The translations under genes were made by a program, and so were the position numbers. Of a DNA stretch of 64,000 nucleotides, positions 10,601 through 19,931 are shown in pieces (within the stretch, counting starts at the first letter, position 1; each line of letters begins with the position of its first letter). The notes under the pieces are model-generated. The model saw only the letters and a program-made list of their open reading frames with translations. It was not told the DNA's origin and did not search any database. Source of the DNA: an uncultured Candidatus Saccharibacteria bacterium (GTDB lineage Bacteria; Patescibacteriota; Minisyncoccia; CAIUEV01; JAHKAQ01); NCBI GenBank assembly GCA_964598205.1, contig CAZRBB010000004.1, positions 71,156 through 135,155 on the forward strand. The letters run 5' to 3'.

Positions 10601-13600
10601 TTTAAAAACGCTCACCGCTTCCGATTCCACAACTCTTGCCACCAATGCGATTACTCTCGCTGGTGGGGAAGTCATAACTTTTTCACCAACTAACGCTTTG
10701 TCACTTTTGACGACTGGAGCAACAAGTGTGACTTTGCCAACATCTGGAACATTGATCAGTACCGACCAAACAGTGGGGCAAACTATTGGATTAACTGGAT
10801 CAAGATTAACAAAACTTTGGGCAACCAACATTGAATCAACCAATGCTCCGACAGTTTTAGGTTCAGCAGTTTATTATACTGGTGGTACGGATGTTTCTTT
10901 GGCTGATGGTGGTACCAACGCTTCCCTTACTGCCAATAATGGAGGAATTTTTTATTCCACGGGAACAGCTGGAGCAATTTTAGCAGGAACATCGACAGCC
11001 AATCAAATTTTGCTTTCTGGTTCATTAACAACACCAGTGTGGTCCACCGCCACCTATCCGGTTACGACGATGGCTAATCAATTATTATATTCTTCAGCGC
11101 TTAACACGGTTACTGGTCTAACTACTGCCAACAGTGGTGTTTTGGTTACCAACGCCACTGGAAATCCTTCTTTCTTGGGCTCTCTGACTAATGGACAATT
11201 AGTCGTTGGTTCTACTGGAGCCATTCCAGTTTTAGCCACTTTGACCGGTACAGATAATCAAATCGTGGTGACCAATGGCGCTGGCACAATTACTCTTTCC
11301 ACCTCTCAAAGTATTAATACCACTTCCACTCCGCAATTCGCTAGAATAGGCTTGGGGGTTTCCGCTGACACTACGAACATTCTCACTGCTACATCTGTTT
11401 CTACTACCGATCTTTCAAAGACGCTAAATATCTCTCATACTGGAGCCATCACTGGCACGGGATACGCCGGATACTTTTCCAAAACTGGAGCATCAACTAC
11501 TAATGTTGGGCTTTATACGATTGCCACTGGGGCAACTAATAACTATGCGTTGCAAATAGATTCTGCCGTAGCTGGAGCGAATAATTATACAATCTATGCT
11601 AATGGCACGGCACAAAGTTATTTTGCGGGCAACGTCGGCATCGGGACGACAGCCCCTTCTTCATTATTAAGTGTTGGCGGTGCAGGTTCCAGTTCTTATA
11701 GTATTTCTGGGATAGGTTCTCAAAGTGGAATTTATGGCTCTGCAAGTGCTGGTTATACTGGAGTGTATGGTCTTTCTACATCTGGTGCTGGTATCTCTGG
11801 CTCTTCCACGAGTGGAGTGGGTGGTTATTTTACTTCTTCTGTTGGTTACGCACTTATTACAGGAAACGGCAACGTCGGCATCGGGACGACGGCACCAGAA
11901 TCAAAACTGCATGTTTCAGCAGATGGTGCTGTTCAAATTTTCATGGGCGATCTTTATAGTGATCTATCATATAATACGCCAGAATTCTCAGGCAGGAGAG
12001 CCAGAGGAACTCAATCATTGCCATCCGCAGTATTGGCGGGTGATACGCTAATGCTTGTTGGGGCTAGAGGATATATGGATACTGGGGGGTTTAGCGCAAA
12101 TAAAGCCGTCATACACATGTATGCTGCGGAAAATTTCACTTCTACTACAAACGGAACTTATATCACTTTTTCAACAACACCTATCGGATCAACATCAAGA
12201 GCCGTAAGGATGACAATAGGGGATGCTGGCAACGTCGGCATCGGGACGACGAGTCCGGGGGCGAAGTTAAATATAAAAAGTAATAATGATGCTTCTGCTT
12301 TAAAACTTACATCATCTCTTGGTGGTACTATGATGGATCTTTACGAACTATCAGATGGAAGAATTCAATTCAATCTTTATGATGGGAGCGGAATTACCAA
12401 GGTACGATTAGATGGAAATGCAGATAATTACATAACCGGTGGCAACGTGGGAATCGGGACGACGGGACCTTCGGCCCTCTTGCATGTTGGATCCGGCGGT
12501 ACTCCCGGCTACGCAACTACGGGTGACGCTTATTTCCAAAATGATGTTGAAATTGACGGAACACTTTATACCGCAGGATTATCGGTACTTGGCAGCATTA
12601 TTCCTGCAACGGACGACACTTACGATCTTGGTTCATCGTCTTACCGCTGGAGAGATCTTTATCTTGGTCCAACATCATTACACCTAGTTTCAACGGTTGG
12701 GGAAACAACAACGGCCAGAGATTGGAAGTTGTCTATTCAGGAAACAGACGGCACAAGCGAAGGCAATTTGCGTATTATGGAAGGCGCAACGGAAATAATG
12801 AACATACAACCCGGCGGCAACGTCGGCATCGGGACGACGGGACCGGGGGCAAAACTGAATGTAGTAGGTGGTTCCGCTGGGACAAATACAGGTATTTTTA
12901 GAATCGAAAACAATACTAATGCTTCTGCTAACACAGGTGCATCAGTTGAGTTTTACAGTTACGATAACACGCCAGCTCAGGTAGAAATGGGACGAATTGG
13001 CACATTGGTAACAACTGGAACTGCCGGAGCGGCTTCATCTGATTTAGCTTTCTCGGCACGCAATAGTGGAACATTGACGGAATGGATGAGAATAAAAGGT
13101 AGCGGCAACGTCGGCATCGGGACGACGGGACCAGCGACAAAATTACAAATAGCTGGTACGGGTTCGACAAATGGACTTTCTTTTGGTGATGCGGCAGATG
13201 TGATTTTATATCGAAATTCAAGTACGCAACTTAGAATGAATAGTGATTTGCGGACAAGTGGTTCTAGCGGCTTGACTGTGGATGGGCCTGCTTTTTCTCT
13301 TGGTGGATTTAACACGCTTTATAACGCCGCAAGTGGTTTGCAATTTAAAGCGAATGCTACTTCGCAGATGCAACTATTTGCATCAGGTGGTTTAGCACTT
13401 GGTAGTACTTATTGGTCAACTGACCCAGGGGCAGGGAATTTAACAATACAAGGCAACGTCGGCATCGGGACGACGGCACCGGGGGCAGCCTTGGATGTGA
13501 TTGGAACAGGGATATTTCAATATGCGGCCTTGGAAAATGAAGGTGAATTTCTAAGAATATCGAGAACCTCTCAGACAACTCGATATAGTTCTTTATGGGC

Positions 13601-16600
13601 GAGACAGTCAGTTACAAAAGCGAATAATTATATTGGATTTAGAGTGTATGATGGTAATTCGACAGATTATGCTCCTGTAGAAATGATGAGAATAACAGGA
13701 AGTGGCAACGTCGGCATCGGGACGACGAATCCGACTGCGAAATTGGAAATAGGGGGAGATAATAATGGACTAAAAATATCTGGAGCAACATATGTTAGTG
13801 CTGAATTATTAGATGGTGGTAGCAATGATTCAGGGTACTTATCTCTTTATCGTGCTGGAGTTAAGGCTTTTTCTATTGGTGCTAATGACACATATTTCAA
13901 TTACGGCAACGTCGGCATCGGGACGACGGGACCGGCACAGAAACTGCATGTGTTCGGTGCGACGCCTCAAGTGGAAATTGACTCGTCATCTGGCACTAAC
14001 CCTTCATTGTTCTTAACAACGACAAATGACACGACTCAAGGAATAAAGTTTAGTTATGACCAAGGGGCTGGGGACGGGTATATTGATAATGTTTGGAACA
14101 ATGCTGCTGGAGATTTATTTTTTAGACTACGCACTCTCGGAACTCCAGTGGATGTCTTGTCGTTAAAAGCGAGCGGCAACGTCGGCATCGGGACGACGGC
14201 ACCGGTAAGCAAATTTCATCTATATGATAGCACGGGCTCCGGGTTAAGTATTGATACGGGAAATGGTTATGCGAATTTGTATTTCTTGGACGGTGGAGTT
14301 GAAAGATGGAGGTTTAGAAACGATGGTGCGACCGATGACTTTCACTTAATGGAAGATGCATCGGACATACGTCTTACTGTTCAAGAAGGCGGCAACGTCG
14401 GCATCGGGACGACGAGTCCACTGTCAAGTTTCTATGTAGGTAGTACTACTCCAACTAGTCTTTCCTACGCCCTTGGTAATTGGAACTCATACAAGGCAGC
14501 CATTGTAGATACATTCAATTATGCATCGGTTGATGATGAACATACTTCGTTTTTATCAGACCTGACCGTGAATTCGACCGTAAATAGTAGTGAACAGATG
14601 GCAGCGATTGCAGCATCAATAACAGTTAGTACGGCAAGTACGGCAGATACTGGGTCACTTAGGACTATATGGTCAAATTTGCAACATGATGGTACTGGAA
14701 CAGTTGCTGCCGCTCGGTTGTTTAATGGTGAGTTGGCAAATAAATCCACTGGCACAATGACTAAGGCGGATGGACTTGGTGTAGCTTTTAGAAATACAGG
14801 AGGGGGAATAATCAGTGATTTGAGAGGTGTTAACATTATTGACCTAGTAAACACTAGTGGGACAATCACTAATACATATGGGATATATACTGGCGACTTG
14901 TCATTAGGTACTCAAACGAATATGCCATTTTCTTTTTATGCCTCTGACTCTGATACATACAATTATTTTGCGGGCAACGTCGGCATCGGGACGACGGCAC
15001 CGGTAAGCAAATTTCATCTATATGATAGCACGGGCTCCGGGTTAAGTATTGATACGGGAAATGGTTATGCGAATTTGTATTTCTTGGACGGTGGAGTTGA
15101 AAGATGGAGGTTTAGAAACGATGGTGCGACCGATGACTTTCACTTAATGGAAGATGCATCGGACATACGTCTTACTGTTCAAGAAGGCGGCAACGTCGGC
15201 ATCGGGACGACTGGGCCATTGGTAAAGTTGCATATAACTACTGATGATGTTAATGGTAATGGCATACGAATTCAAAATGATAATGCTCTTGGCACTTGGA
15301 AATATGGAACGCTCGCTATGATGGGGCAAACTGGAAACAGCATTGTTGATTGGCCAAATGCTTTAGTAATTGAAGGTGCTGGCAATGGGGGAACTGTTAT
15401 TAGTAGTGCAGCAGGGGATATTAAATTTAATCCTGGTAGAATACAAGGAATGATAGTAAAGCAAACAACAGGCAACGTCGGCATTGGGACGACCGCGCCG
15501 GGATTTAGATTAGATGTTCCAGCGGTTTCTGCTAGCAACTATGATGTTGCAAAAATAGGCGGATTTGTAATTGCAAGAGCAGGGACTGATGTTAGTAATT
15601 TACTTATAACTGGTGCAAGTTGGGCTGGTGGAAGTACATTAACAGCTACCGCAACTACTTATGCCAGTTATCAACAAACTAGCGGAAATCATTATTTTTA
15701 TACTGCTACGGGACAAACCGTGGGAAATGCAGTTACTACTGTTATTCCAATGACAATAGTGGGTAATGGAGCAGTGGCCAATACTTTGTATCTAACTGCG
15801 GGCAACGTCGGCATCGGGACGACGAGTCCGACTCAAGCATTACAAATTACAGGAAGTCAATTTCAACAGCTGTCTTTACAAACAACTGGTGCTTATACAA
15901 CAAAAACTTACTTTGCGAATTATGCTGCAATAGGGAACTTGAACTCGTATTGGTCTATGAATAGAAATATTGGGACTGGTGTATTTGATAATATTGAACT
16001 GCCAGCGGCGGCAATCGCAATGAATGGCTCTACGGGAAATTCATCTATTCAATTTTATACTGCAGCCGCAAATAACACCGCACCATCTGTGCGTATGACA
16101 ATCGACAATAGTGGCAACGTCGGCATCGGGACGACGAGTCCGGGTGATAAGTTGAGTGTAGATGGCACAACTTATGGCACAACTATATCTGTCACAGGTA
16201 GAAGTGCATCATGGCCTGGCAATGCGACGGATTTGTCAAAACTTAATTTTAATGGATTAGTAGGTGCTTCTGGTGGAACACTGGCTTCTATAGCAACGAG
16301 GTTTGGGAATTCTGGTTCTGATTTTAGTAGCCAACTTCTTTTTTCAACAACTGACGCTTCCTTTGTTTTACAGGAAAGGATGAGAATCAATAACCTCGGC
16401 AACGTCGGCATCGGGACGACAGCACCGGGGGCATTATTGCACGTCGGACCAAACTCAGTTGTGTACCAACCAACCGTTGGAACTAAACAGCTAATTCTCT
16501 CTGGTGCTGGAAATACAAACGCAATTGATAATGGGACAATGATGATTTTTAGTGGTGGGTATAATTCAACGCTTGCACAAAATGCGACTTATGGTGCAAT

Positions 16601-18164
16601 TGCTGGTTTAAAAGAAAATGGGACCGACAATATTGCGTCTGGTTATTTAGGGTTTTACACCGGTCGTACTGGAGATGCCAATGCCTTGGAAAAAATGAGA
16701 ATTACAAGCACTGGCAACGTCGGCATCGGGACGACGGGACCGGTAGAGGCTTTGGATGTTTTGGGAAAAATAAAAGCAAGCAGTTCGGTTCAAGCAAATG
16801 GCGTAGCAATAGGTGGATTAAACGGCCTTTATTATAGTTCTTCCACAAGGGGTAAATATGGTTTTGGTTCTGTGACAGCGCTAGGAGCTTATCCACTCGA
16901 TTTATCTTCTGGTGATGTTACGACGTATACTGATGGATATATCAAATTCAGTACCGCCGGAACAGAAGCGATGCGAATTCAATCAAGTGGCAACGTCGGC
17001 ATCGGGACGACGGGACCAGGTGGTAGACTTCATATCGCAGATGGAATTACGGGCAATGACGCGACATATCGGGGAAAGTTAATTATTGAGAGCGGGCAAA
17101 CAGATAATGCCAGTAATGGATTGGAATTTAAAGCCAGCGCAGGGGCGAGCGGGTATGGTTATCGTTTGGCAACCGTTTATCCTACTTCTGGCATTGACCT
17201 TCGTTTTCAATCCAGACAAAATTCAGCTACTTGGTCTGATGTAATGACAATAAATACAGTCGGCAACGTCGGCATCGGGACGACGAATCCGGGGTATAAG
17301 TTGCAAGTTAGACCGGCTACTGATGTCAATCTTGGTTTTGGAAGTAATGCTGTTGGTGGTTTGCTAAATGTGGCTAATGATGCCGCATCAGTTGTTGATT
17401 TGACAACTAATGCGTGGGAATATCACTTTCAATCAAATGGAAACGAAAGGGTTACAATTCTCAACGGCGGCAACGTCGGCATCGGGACGACGGGGCCGGG
17501 GGCACGGTTAAATGTAGTTGATGTAAATTATGGATTTAATAATGTTGGAAATCTATTTATTCGCACTTCTGACGCACAGGCGGCAGACATTGGTGGAATG
17601 ATTGGACTGGGAGGTATTGGAAATGACGCAGGAACGGGAATTACTTCCTTTGCGACAATAGCAGGAAGAAAAGAAAATGGAACAACTTCAAATTACAGTG
17701 GATATTTGCAATTCTCAACATCTAATCCAGGAAGTACAAAGAATGAATGGATGCGAATCACAAGCACCGGCAACGTCGGCATCGGGACGACGGCACCCTC
17801 CCAAAAACTTCATGTTGAAGGTCACTGTCTTACCGGCGACACCCTAATCGCTGTTCGTCGTAAAAAAAGACGAAATTCTGAAAACGGAGAAAATGAAATT
17901 GACCCAGATGACCTAGACTTTTCTTTATCCGATTTTGCGTCTTCTAGCGATCAAGAAACAGAAGACTGTATCCTAGTACCAATTTGCAACATTCTCCCCG
18001 GAGACGAGGTTTTATCGCTCAATGAGGAGACAAATCGCACCGAGTATCACCCCATAAATGGCCTCCTAGACATGGGCATTCAAGAAATTTATCAAATTCG
18101 CACTAAGTCTGGACGGGTAATTCGGACTACCGGAAATCATCCGTATCTGGTAAAAATGAACTGA
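7608..18164 (+). CDS. Giant (3518 aa) tail-fibre-like repeat surface protein = N-extein fused to the N-terminal half of an intein
   Basis: N-terminal signal/TM anchor. Tail-fibre-type motifs (ILPLANGGTN...). About 23 modules each starting GNVGIGTT(A/S/G/N)P..KL.V. Last 112 aa are Hint N-terminal blocks A (CLTGDTLI) and B (TGNHPYL). Confidence 0.85.
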   Translation: MTVRKQKKGGINGFQPLGVWGLFIVLGISLVMVFGGNSVWGAAEGTEGTEITEGTVWGRFWSGVDQGVTSFKEGFLATTNNLKSYLGTSGQFIARFGKEKNEKEAEELASVIASQKMEKWLEWFSKNGERLEEIANGENFNNLYLSGAIDGQNIANRSLNGNLKIIPGSITGLVIANGSVSKEDILWRGITSVNLHANAVTTRIIKDGTIIGADLSDDLSFSTTGTIHADNINGNHLIVKDGSTLSGDTVFNGGAFSHMGTTFLVNETGDATFDSDAVTTFSGSRLELVADGGGVTITYPDGQTFQLKDRTTRIETLANGSLILGNDSDATTVDGSVINLSGNTVINGTITGNITDNASNAFDLQEGTNKYLNISTVDGSEKIDFGNTTLNPSYEFLGTGATTLGGNLTVNGALIVGGGTAVAGHFLPGSNNVYNLGSNTYRWANLYLGGETLHLGASITDEAVVSYDTTINILNIGTDATTNGDIAFFSDDLYLDKSSGNVGIGTTDPGAKLDVAGVATFRGNLLFSTDNTLDIGANGATRPRTGYFGTSVVAPNFTGLASSATILATARDLYGFSFNGSVGTVSGINIIASSYGGTGNGFTKFTGPTTAEKTFTLPDANAIIARTDAGQTFTGVNIFTSPTFTTSIVPTINDGTTIGTTTLQFSDLFLASGATINYANGDTTLTHSTGILTLGTGTLKITTPTNTATSVATIDGMQTLTNKTLTASNNTLGGVTMTLGTDATGDIYYRNVSGYLTRLGIGTSNQILHGGTTPSYSAISLTGDITGILPLANGGTNKNITASSGAIIFSDTDSMELTLVGSSGQILVSQGAGTPIWSTPTYPSASGSAGKIIRSNGANNIYSTAAFADTYTASNLLYSNGDNTVQGLATANNGVLITGVTGVPSISSTIPVVTQQNITNVNSALVTGLLQITTTTGALTSVTTSAGIDALISNNTGSGLLVFNDGPTFIAPTLGVATATSINGLTINTTTGTLAISNLKTLTASDSTTLATNAITLAGGEVITFSPTNALSLLTTGATSVTLPTSGTLISTDQTVGQTIGLTGSRLTKLWATNIESTNAPTVLGSAVYYTGGTDVSLADGGTNASLTANNGGIFYSTGTAGAILAGTSTANQILLSGSLTTPVWSTATYPVTTMANQLLYSSALNTVTGLTTANSGVLVTNATGNPSFLGSLTNGQLVVGSTGAIPVLATLTGTDNQIVVTNGAGTITLSTSQSINTTSTPQFARIGLGVSADTTNILTATSVSTTDLSKTLNISHTGAITGTGYAGYFSKTGASTTNVGLYTIATGATNNYALQIDSAVAGANNYTIYANGTAQSYFAGNVGIGTTAPSSLLSVGGAGSSSYSISGIGSQSGIYGSASAGYTGVYGLSTSGAGISGSSTSGVGGYFTSSVGYALITGNGNVGIGTTAPESKLHVSADGAVQIFMGDLYSDLSYNTPEFSGRRARGTQSLPSAVLAGDTLMLVGARGYMDTGGFSANKAVIHMYAAENFTSTTNGTYITFSTTPIGSTSRAVRMTIGDAGNVGIGTTSPGAKLNIKSNNDASALKLTSSLGGTMMDLYELSDGRIQFNLYDGSGITKVRLDGNADNYITGGNVGIGTTGPSALLHVGSGGTPGYATTGDAYFQNDVEIDGTLYTAGLSVLGSIIPATDDTYDLGSSSYRWRDLYLGPTSLHLVSTVGETTTARDWKLSIQETDGTSEGNLRIMEGATEIMNIQPGGNVGIGTTGPGAKLNVVGGSAGTNTGIFRIENNTNASANTGASVEFYSYDNTPAQVEMGRIGTLVTTGTAGAASSDLAFSARNSGTLTEWMRIKGSGNVGIGTTGPATKLQIAGTGSTNGLSFGDAADVILYRNSSTQLRMNSDLRTSGSSGLTVDGPAFSLGGFNTLYNAASGLQFKANATSQMQLFASGGLALGSTYWSTDPGAGNLTIQGNVGIGTTAPGAALDVIGTGIFQYAALENEGEFLRISRTSQTTRYSSLWARQSVTKANNYIGFRVYDGNSTDYAPVEMMRITGSGNVGIGTTNPTAKLEIGGDNNGLKISGATYVSAELLDGGSNDSGYLSLYRAGVKAFSIGANDTYFNYGNVGIGTTGPAQKLHVFGATPQVEIDSSSGTNPSLFLTTTNDTTQGIKFSYDQGAGDGYIDNVWNNAAGDLFFRLRTLGTPVDVLSLKASGNVGIGTTAPVSKFHLYDSTGSGLSIDTGNGYANLYFLDGGVERWRFRNDGATDDFHLMEDASDIRLTVQEGGNVGIGTTSPLSSFYVGSTTPTSLSYALGNWNSYKAAIVDTFNYASVDDEHTSFLSDLTVNSTVNSSEQMAAIAASITVSTASTADTGSLRTIWSNLQHDGTGTVAAARLFNGELANKSTGTMTKADGLGVAFRNTGGGIISDLRGVNIIDLVNTSGTITNTYGIYTGDLSLGTQTNMPFSFYASDSDTYNYFAGNVGIGTTAPVSKFHLYDSTGSGLSIDTGNGYANLYFLDGGVERWRFRNDGATDDFHLMEDASDIRLTVQEGGNVGIGTTGPLVKLHITTDDVNGNGIRIQNDNALGTWKYGTLAMMGQTGNSIVDWPNALVIEGAGNGGTVISSAAGDIKFNPGRIQGMIVKQTTGNVGIGTTAPGFRLDVPAVSASNYDVAKIGGFVIARAGTDVSNLLITGASWAGGSTLTATATTYASYQQTSGNHYFYTATGQTVGNAVTTVIPMTIVGNGAVANTLYLTAGNVGIGTTSPTQALQITGSQFQQLSLQTTGAYTTKTYFANYAAIGNLNSYWSMNRNIGTGVFDNIELPAAAIAMNGSTGNSSIQFYTAAANNTAPSVRMTIDNSGNVGIGTTSPGDKLSVDGTTYGTTISVTGRSASWPGNATDLSKLNFNGLVGASGGTLASIATRFGNSGSDFSSQLLFSTTDASFVLQERMRINNLGNVGIGTTAPGALLHVGPNSVVYQPTVGTKQLILSGAGNTNAIDNGTMMIFSGGYNSTLAQNATYGAIAGLKENGTDNIASGYLGFYTGRTGDANALEKMRITSTGNVGIGTTGPVEALDVLGKIKASSSVQANGVAIGGLNGLYYSSSTRGKYGFGSVTALGAYPLDLSSGDVTTYTDGYIKFSTAGTEAMRIQSSGNVGIGTTGPGGRLHIADGITGNDATYRGKLIIESGQTDNASNGLEFKASAGASGYGYRLATVYPTSGIDLRFQSRQNSATWSDVMTINTVGNVGIGTTNPGYKLQVRPATDVNLGFGSNAVGGLLNVANDAASVVDLTTNAWEYHFQSNGNERVTILNGGNVGIGTTGPGARLNVVDVNYGFNNVGNLFIRTSDAQAADIGGMIGLGGIGNDAGTGITSFATIAGRKENGTTSNYSGYLQFSTSNPGSTKNEWMRITSTGNVGIGTTAPSQKLHVEGHCLTGDTLIAVRRKKRRNSENGENEIDPDDLDFSLSDFASSSDQETEDCILVPICNILPGDEVLSLNEETNRTEYHPINGLLDMGIQEIYQIRTKSGRVIRTTGNHPYLVKMN
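17826..18161 (+). other. Split-intein N-terminal fragment (IntN, about 112 aa) at the C-terminus of the giant protein
   Basis: Cys1 in CLTGDTLIAV (block A). TGNHPYLV (block B, conserved T..H). Followed directly by a stop codon. No intein C-terminal blocks in this ORF. Confidence 0.8.
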
Positions 18165-18193
18165 ACTTAAAAATTTTTAACTAAGTTTTCTTT

Positions 18194-19753
18194 ATGTTTG
18201 GCGGTGGATTTTTGAAAAATTTTAGGGGCACTTGTATCACGCTTGCCAAACGAGTAGTCGATTTATTTCAAAGTCGTGATACCGAACCCTTGCCGATTCG
18301 TGATACGAAACCAGTCCTTAAAAAAATACGGAAAACCAAAAATTCCCAAAATTCGGTCAAAATTTTAGCCAAAGAAAAAATTCCCATGGGCGTGGAAATT
18401 TTAGAACCGGAACCTAGGCCCAATCTTTTGGAAATTTTTTGTCCGTATTGCTCTGGCAAAAATTTTGTAAAACGCGGTTTACGGCAAAAGAAAAAAGAAA
18501 AAGTTCAACTTTATCTTTGCCGTGATTGTCGGCGGTCGTTTACTCCCGGAGCGGTGAAAGGTCGGCATTATCCAATGGAGGTGATTCTTAACGCCATTAG
18601 TTTATATAACCTGGGGTACAGTTTGGAAAAGGCGGGAAAGATGGCATCTAAAATAGAGGGATTCAATAGGGAAGGAAAAAAAGAGCAGGGGGCGGGACTC
18701 AAAGGGACAAGGTTCCAGAGGGGACTGCTTACAACATCGGGCAACTTCGGGAGCGGGATGATCGGCAGCGGGACGGTGCTAAGTTGGGTGAACCGCTACC
18801 GTCATCTCTGTGCTTTTTCCCGAATGCGGGAATTTGCCATAAAAATGCTACCGCCGAATGAAATGATTTCTTCGGCTACCCTAGCGCATCGGCAACTCTA
18901 CCGATTCCGGCACCATCGTGCCAAAACAATCTTGATTATTAAAGAAGATTTTAAGAACAGTCCCTTTTGGCCATTAAAAGAATTTTTGGATTTAGTGCCG
19001 GTGGAATGTCCACATCAATATTTTCAAGAAGGTTTGCGGGCGTCAGAAGCGCCGCTTACTTTTTCCAAAACGGAAATGATTGTGCGGGGCAAAAATAATT
19101 TTGCCAACAAAATGGCTAAGTTTGCGCTAGAATCGGCCACTAAAGCCAAAGATCGCCACGATGTTTTACAGCGATTTATGTTGGCCAACGATTCGGTAAC
19201 AGTAGCTACAGAAGTGCCGATTTATCTTCGTCGGGAAGATTTAGCACACATGCAAACACAGTTGGGGTTTGAGCTGTATAAAAAGAGGATTCGTTCTAGA
19301 AAGAAGGAAGACAAGGCCCAAGGGGGGGCGAGGCCCAAGGGGGACTACTTACAACATCGGGCAACTTCGGGAGCGGGAAGATCGGGCAGCGGGACGGCAT
19401 TGGAACTTTTTCCCCTAGAAGAAATACCCAAATTAATTACCGGTCACATTGATTTTGTGCAGATTAGAAACGGAATGATCCATATTTTGGATTACAAGCC
19501 AAAAGCCGCCAAAGAAAGACCGATTGAACAATTAACCATTTACGCGTTGGCGCTTTCCCGCTTAACTGGCTTACGGGTGTATCATTTTAAGTGCGCTTGG
19601 TTCGACGAAAAAGATTATTTTGAATTTTTCCCACTGCATGTGGTTTCCAAGCCGGGAAAGAGGCGTTATCGGCGGAAAATTCGGACGATTGAAGGGACTT
19701 ATAAATTAAACGACGATCCGTTAAAGGTGGCGAATATTAAGGCTCAAGGCTAA
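18194..19753 (+). CDS. Putative free-standing homing-type nuclease: N-terminal C4 zinc ribbon (IS1/IS1595-transposase-like) plus C-terminal PD-(D/E)xK RecB/Cas4-family nuclease motifs
   Basis: CPYCSGKNF...x17...CRDCRRSF zinc ribbon. C-terminal GHIDFV (motif II), ILDYKPK (D/ExK), QLTIYALAL (QxxxY). Lies between the two intein halves. Contains out-of-frame 56-bp direct repeats and a G7 tract, so the ORF may be composite or decaying. Confidence 0.5.
   Translation: MFGGGFLKNFRGTCITLAKRVVDLFQSRDTEPLPIRDTKPVLKKIRKTKNSQNSVKILAKEKIPMGVEILEPEPRPNLLEIFCPYCSGKNFVKRGLRQKKKEKVQLYLCRDCRRSFTPGAVKGRHYPMEVILNAISLYNLGYSLEKAGKMASKIEGFNREGKKEQGAGLKGTRFQRGLLTTSGNFGSGMIGSGTVLSWVNRYRHLCAFSRMREFAIKMLPPNEMISSATLAHRQLYRFRHHRAKTILIIKEDFKNSPFWPLKEFLDLVPVECPHQYFQEGLRASEAPLTFSKTEMIVRGKNNFANKMAKFALESATKAKDRHDVLQRFMLANDSVTVATEVPIYLRREDLAHMQTQLGFELYKKRIRSRKKEDKAQGGARPKGDYLQHRATSGAGRSGSGTALELFPLEEIPKLITGHIDFVQIRNGMIHILDYKPKAAKERPIEQLTIYALALSRLTGLRVYHFKCAWFDEKDYFEFFPLHVVSKPGKRRYRRKIRTIEGTYKLNDDPLKVANIKAQG
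18721..18776. repeat. 56-bp direct repeat, copy 1 (inside the nuclease ORF)
   Basis: gggactgcttacaacatcgggcaacttcgggagcgggatgatcggcagcgggacgg. Near-identical copy at 19341-19397. The two copies are read in different frames, so the repeat is at DNA level. Confidence 0.8.
19341..19397. repeat. 56-bp direct repeat, copy 2 (one extra G), preceded by a G7 homopolymer at 19322-19328
   Basis: gggactacttacaacatcgggcaacttcgggagcgggaagatcgggcagcgggacgg. Confidence 0.8.
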
Positions 19754-19931
19754 ATTCAACCAACGCTTTTTTGATCTCCTCTTTTTTGGTAAAAAGATTA
19801 AAATCCAAAGATTGCCGGTGCCCAATGTGAAGAGCAATGGCGGTACCGCCAGCCAAACCAAAATCTCGGGAAAAATCACTAATTAATGGCAAGATTTTTA
19901 CTTGTTCGGAAGTTAAAATCTCAGTGTGCAT
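19737..19931 (-). pseudogene. N-terminal remnant of an AbiEii-family (DUF1814) nucleotidyltransferase toxin gene, truncated
   Basis: 64-aa ORF with LAGGTAIALHIGHRQSLDFNLF, resembling the AbiEii N-terminal GGTAL...R.S.DiDf motif. A stop follows and no downstream continuation exists in any frame of 60 aa or more. Overlaps the 3' end of the nuclease ORF. Confidence 0.35.

Noticed and set aside
8060-16896. Numerous 60-150-aa minus-strand ORFs inside the giant gene (e.g. 9204-9599, 10397-10843, 12977-13315)
   Set aside because: All are antisense to the continuous 10.5-kb reading frame. Several repeat the translation artefact PVVPMPTLP produced by the reverse complement of the 23-mer.
9109-17792. 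Regularly recurring identical 23-mer that could be mistaken for a CRISPR array
   Set aside because: The repeats lie in-frame inside one long ORF and encode GNVGIGTT. Spacing is irregular (200-330 nt), far longer than CRISPR spacers. The repeat is not palindromic and no cas genes are present.
18194-19753. Possibility that the inter-intein ORF is an IS1/IS1595-family transposase (zinc ribbon)
   Set aside because: No DDE catalytic region or terminal inverted repeats are recognisable. The C-terminus instead shows RecB-family PD-(D/E)xK motifs. A homing-type nuclease fits the fractured-gene context better, though this is unproven.
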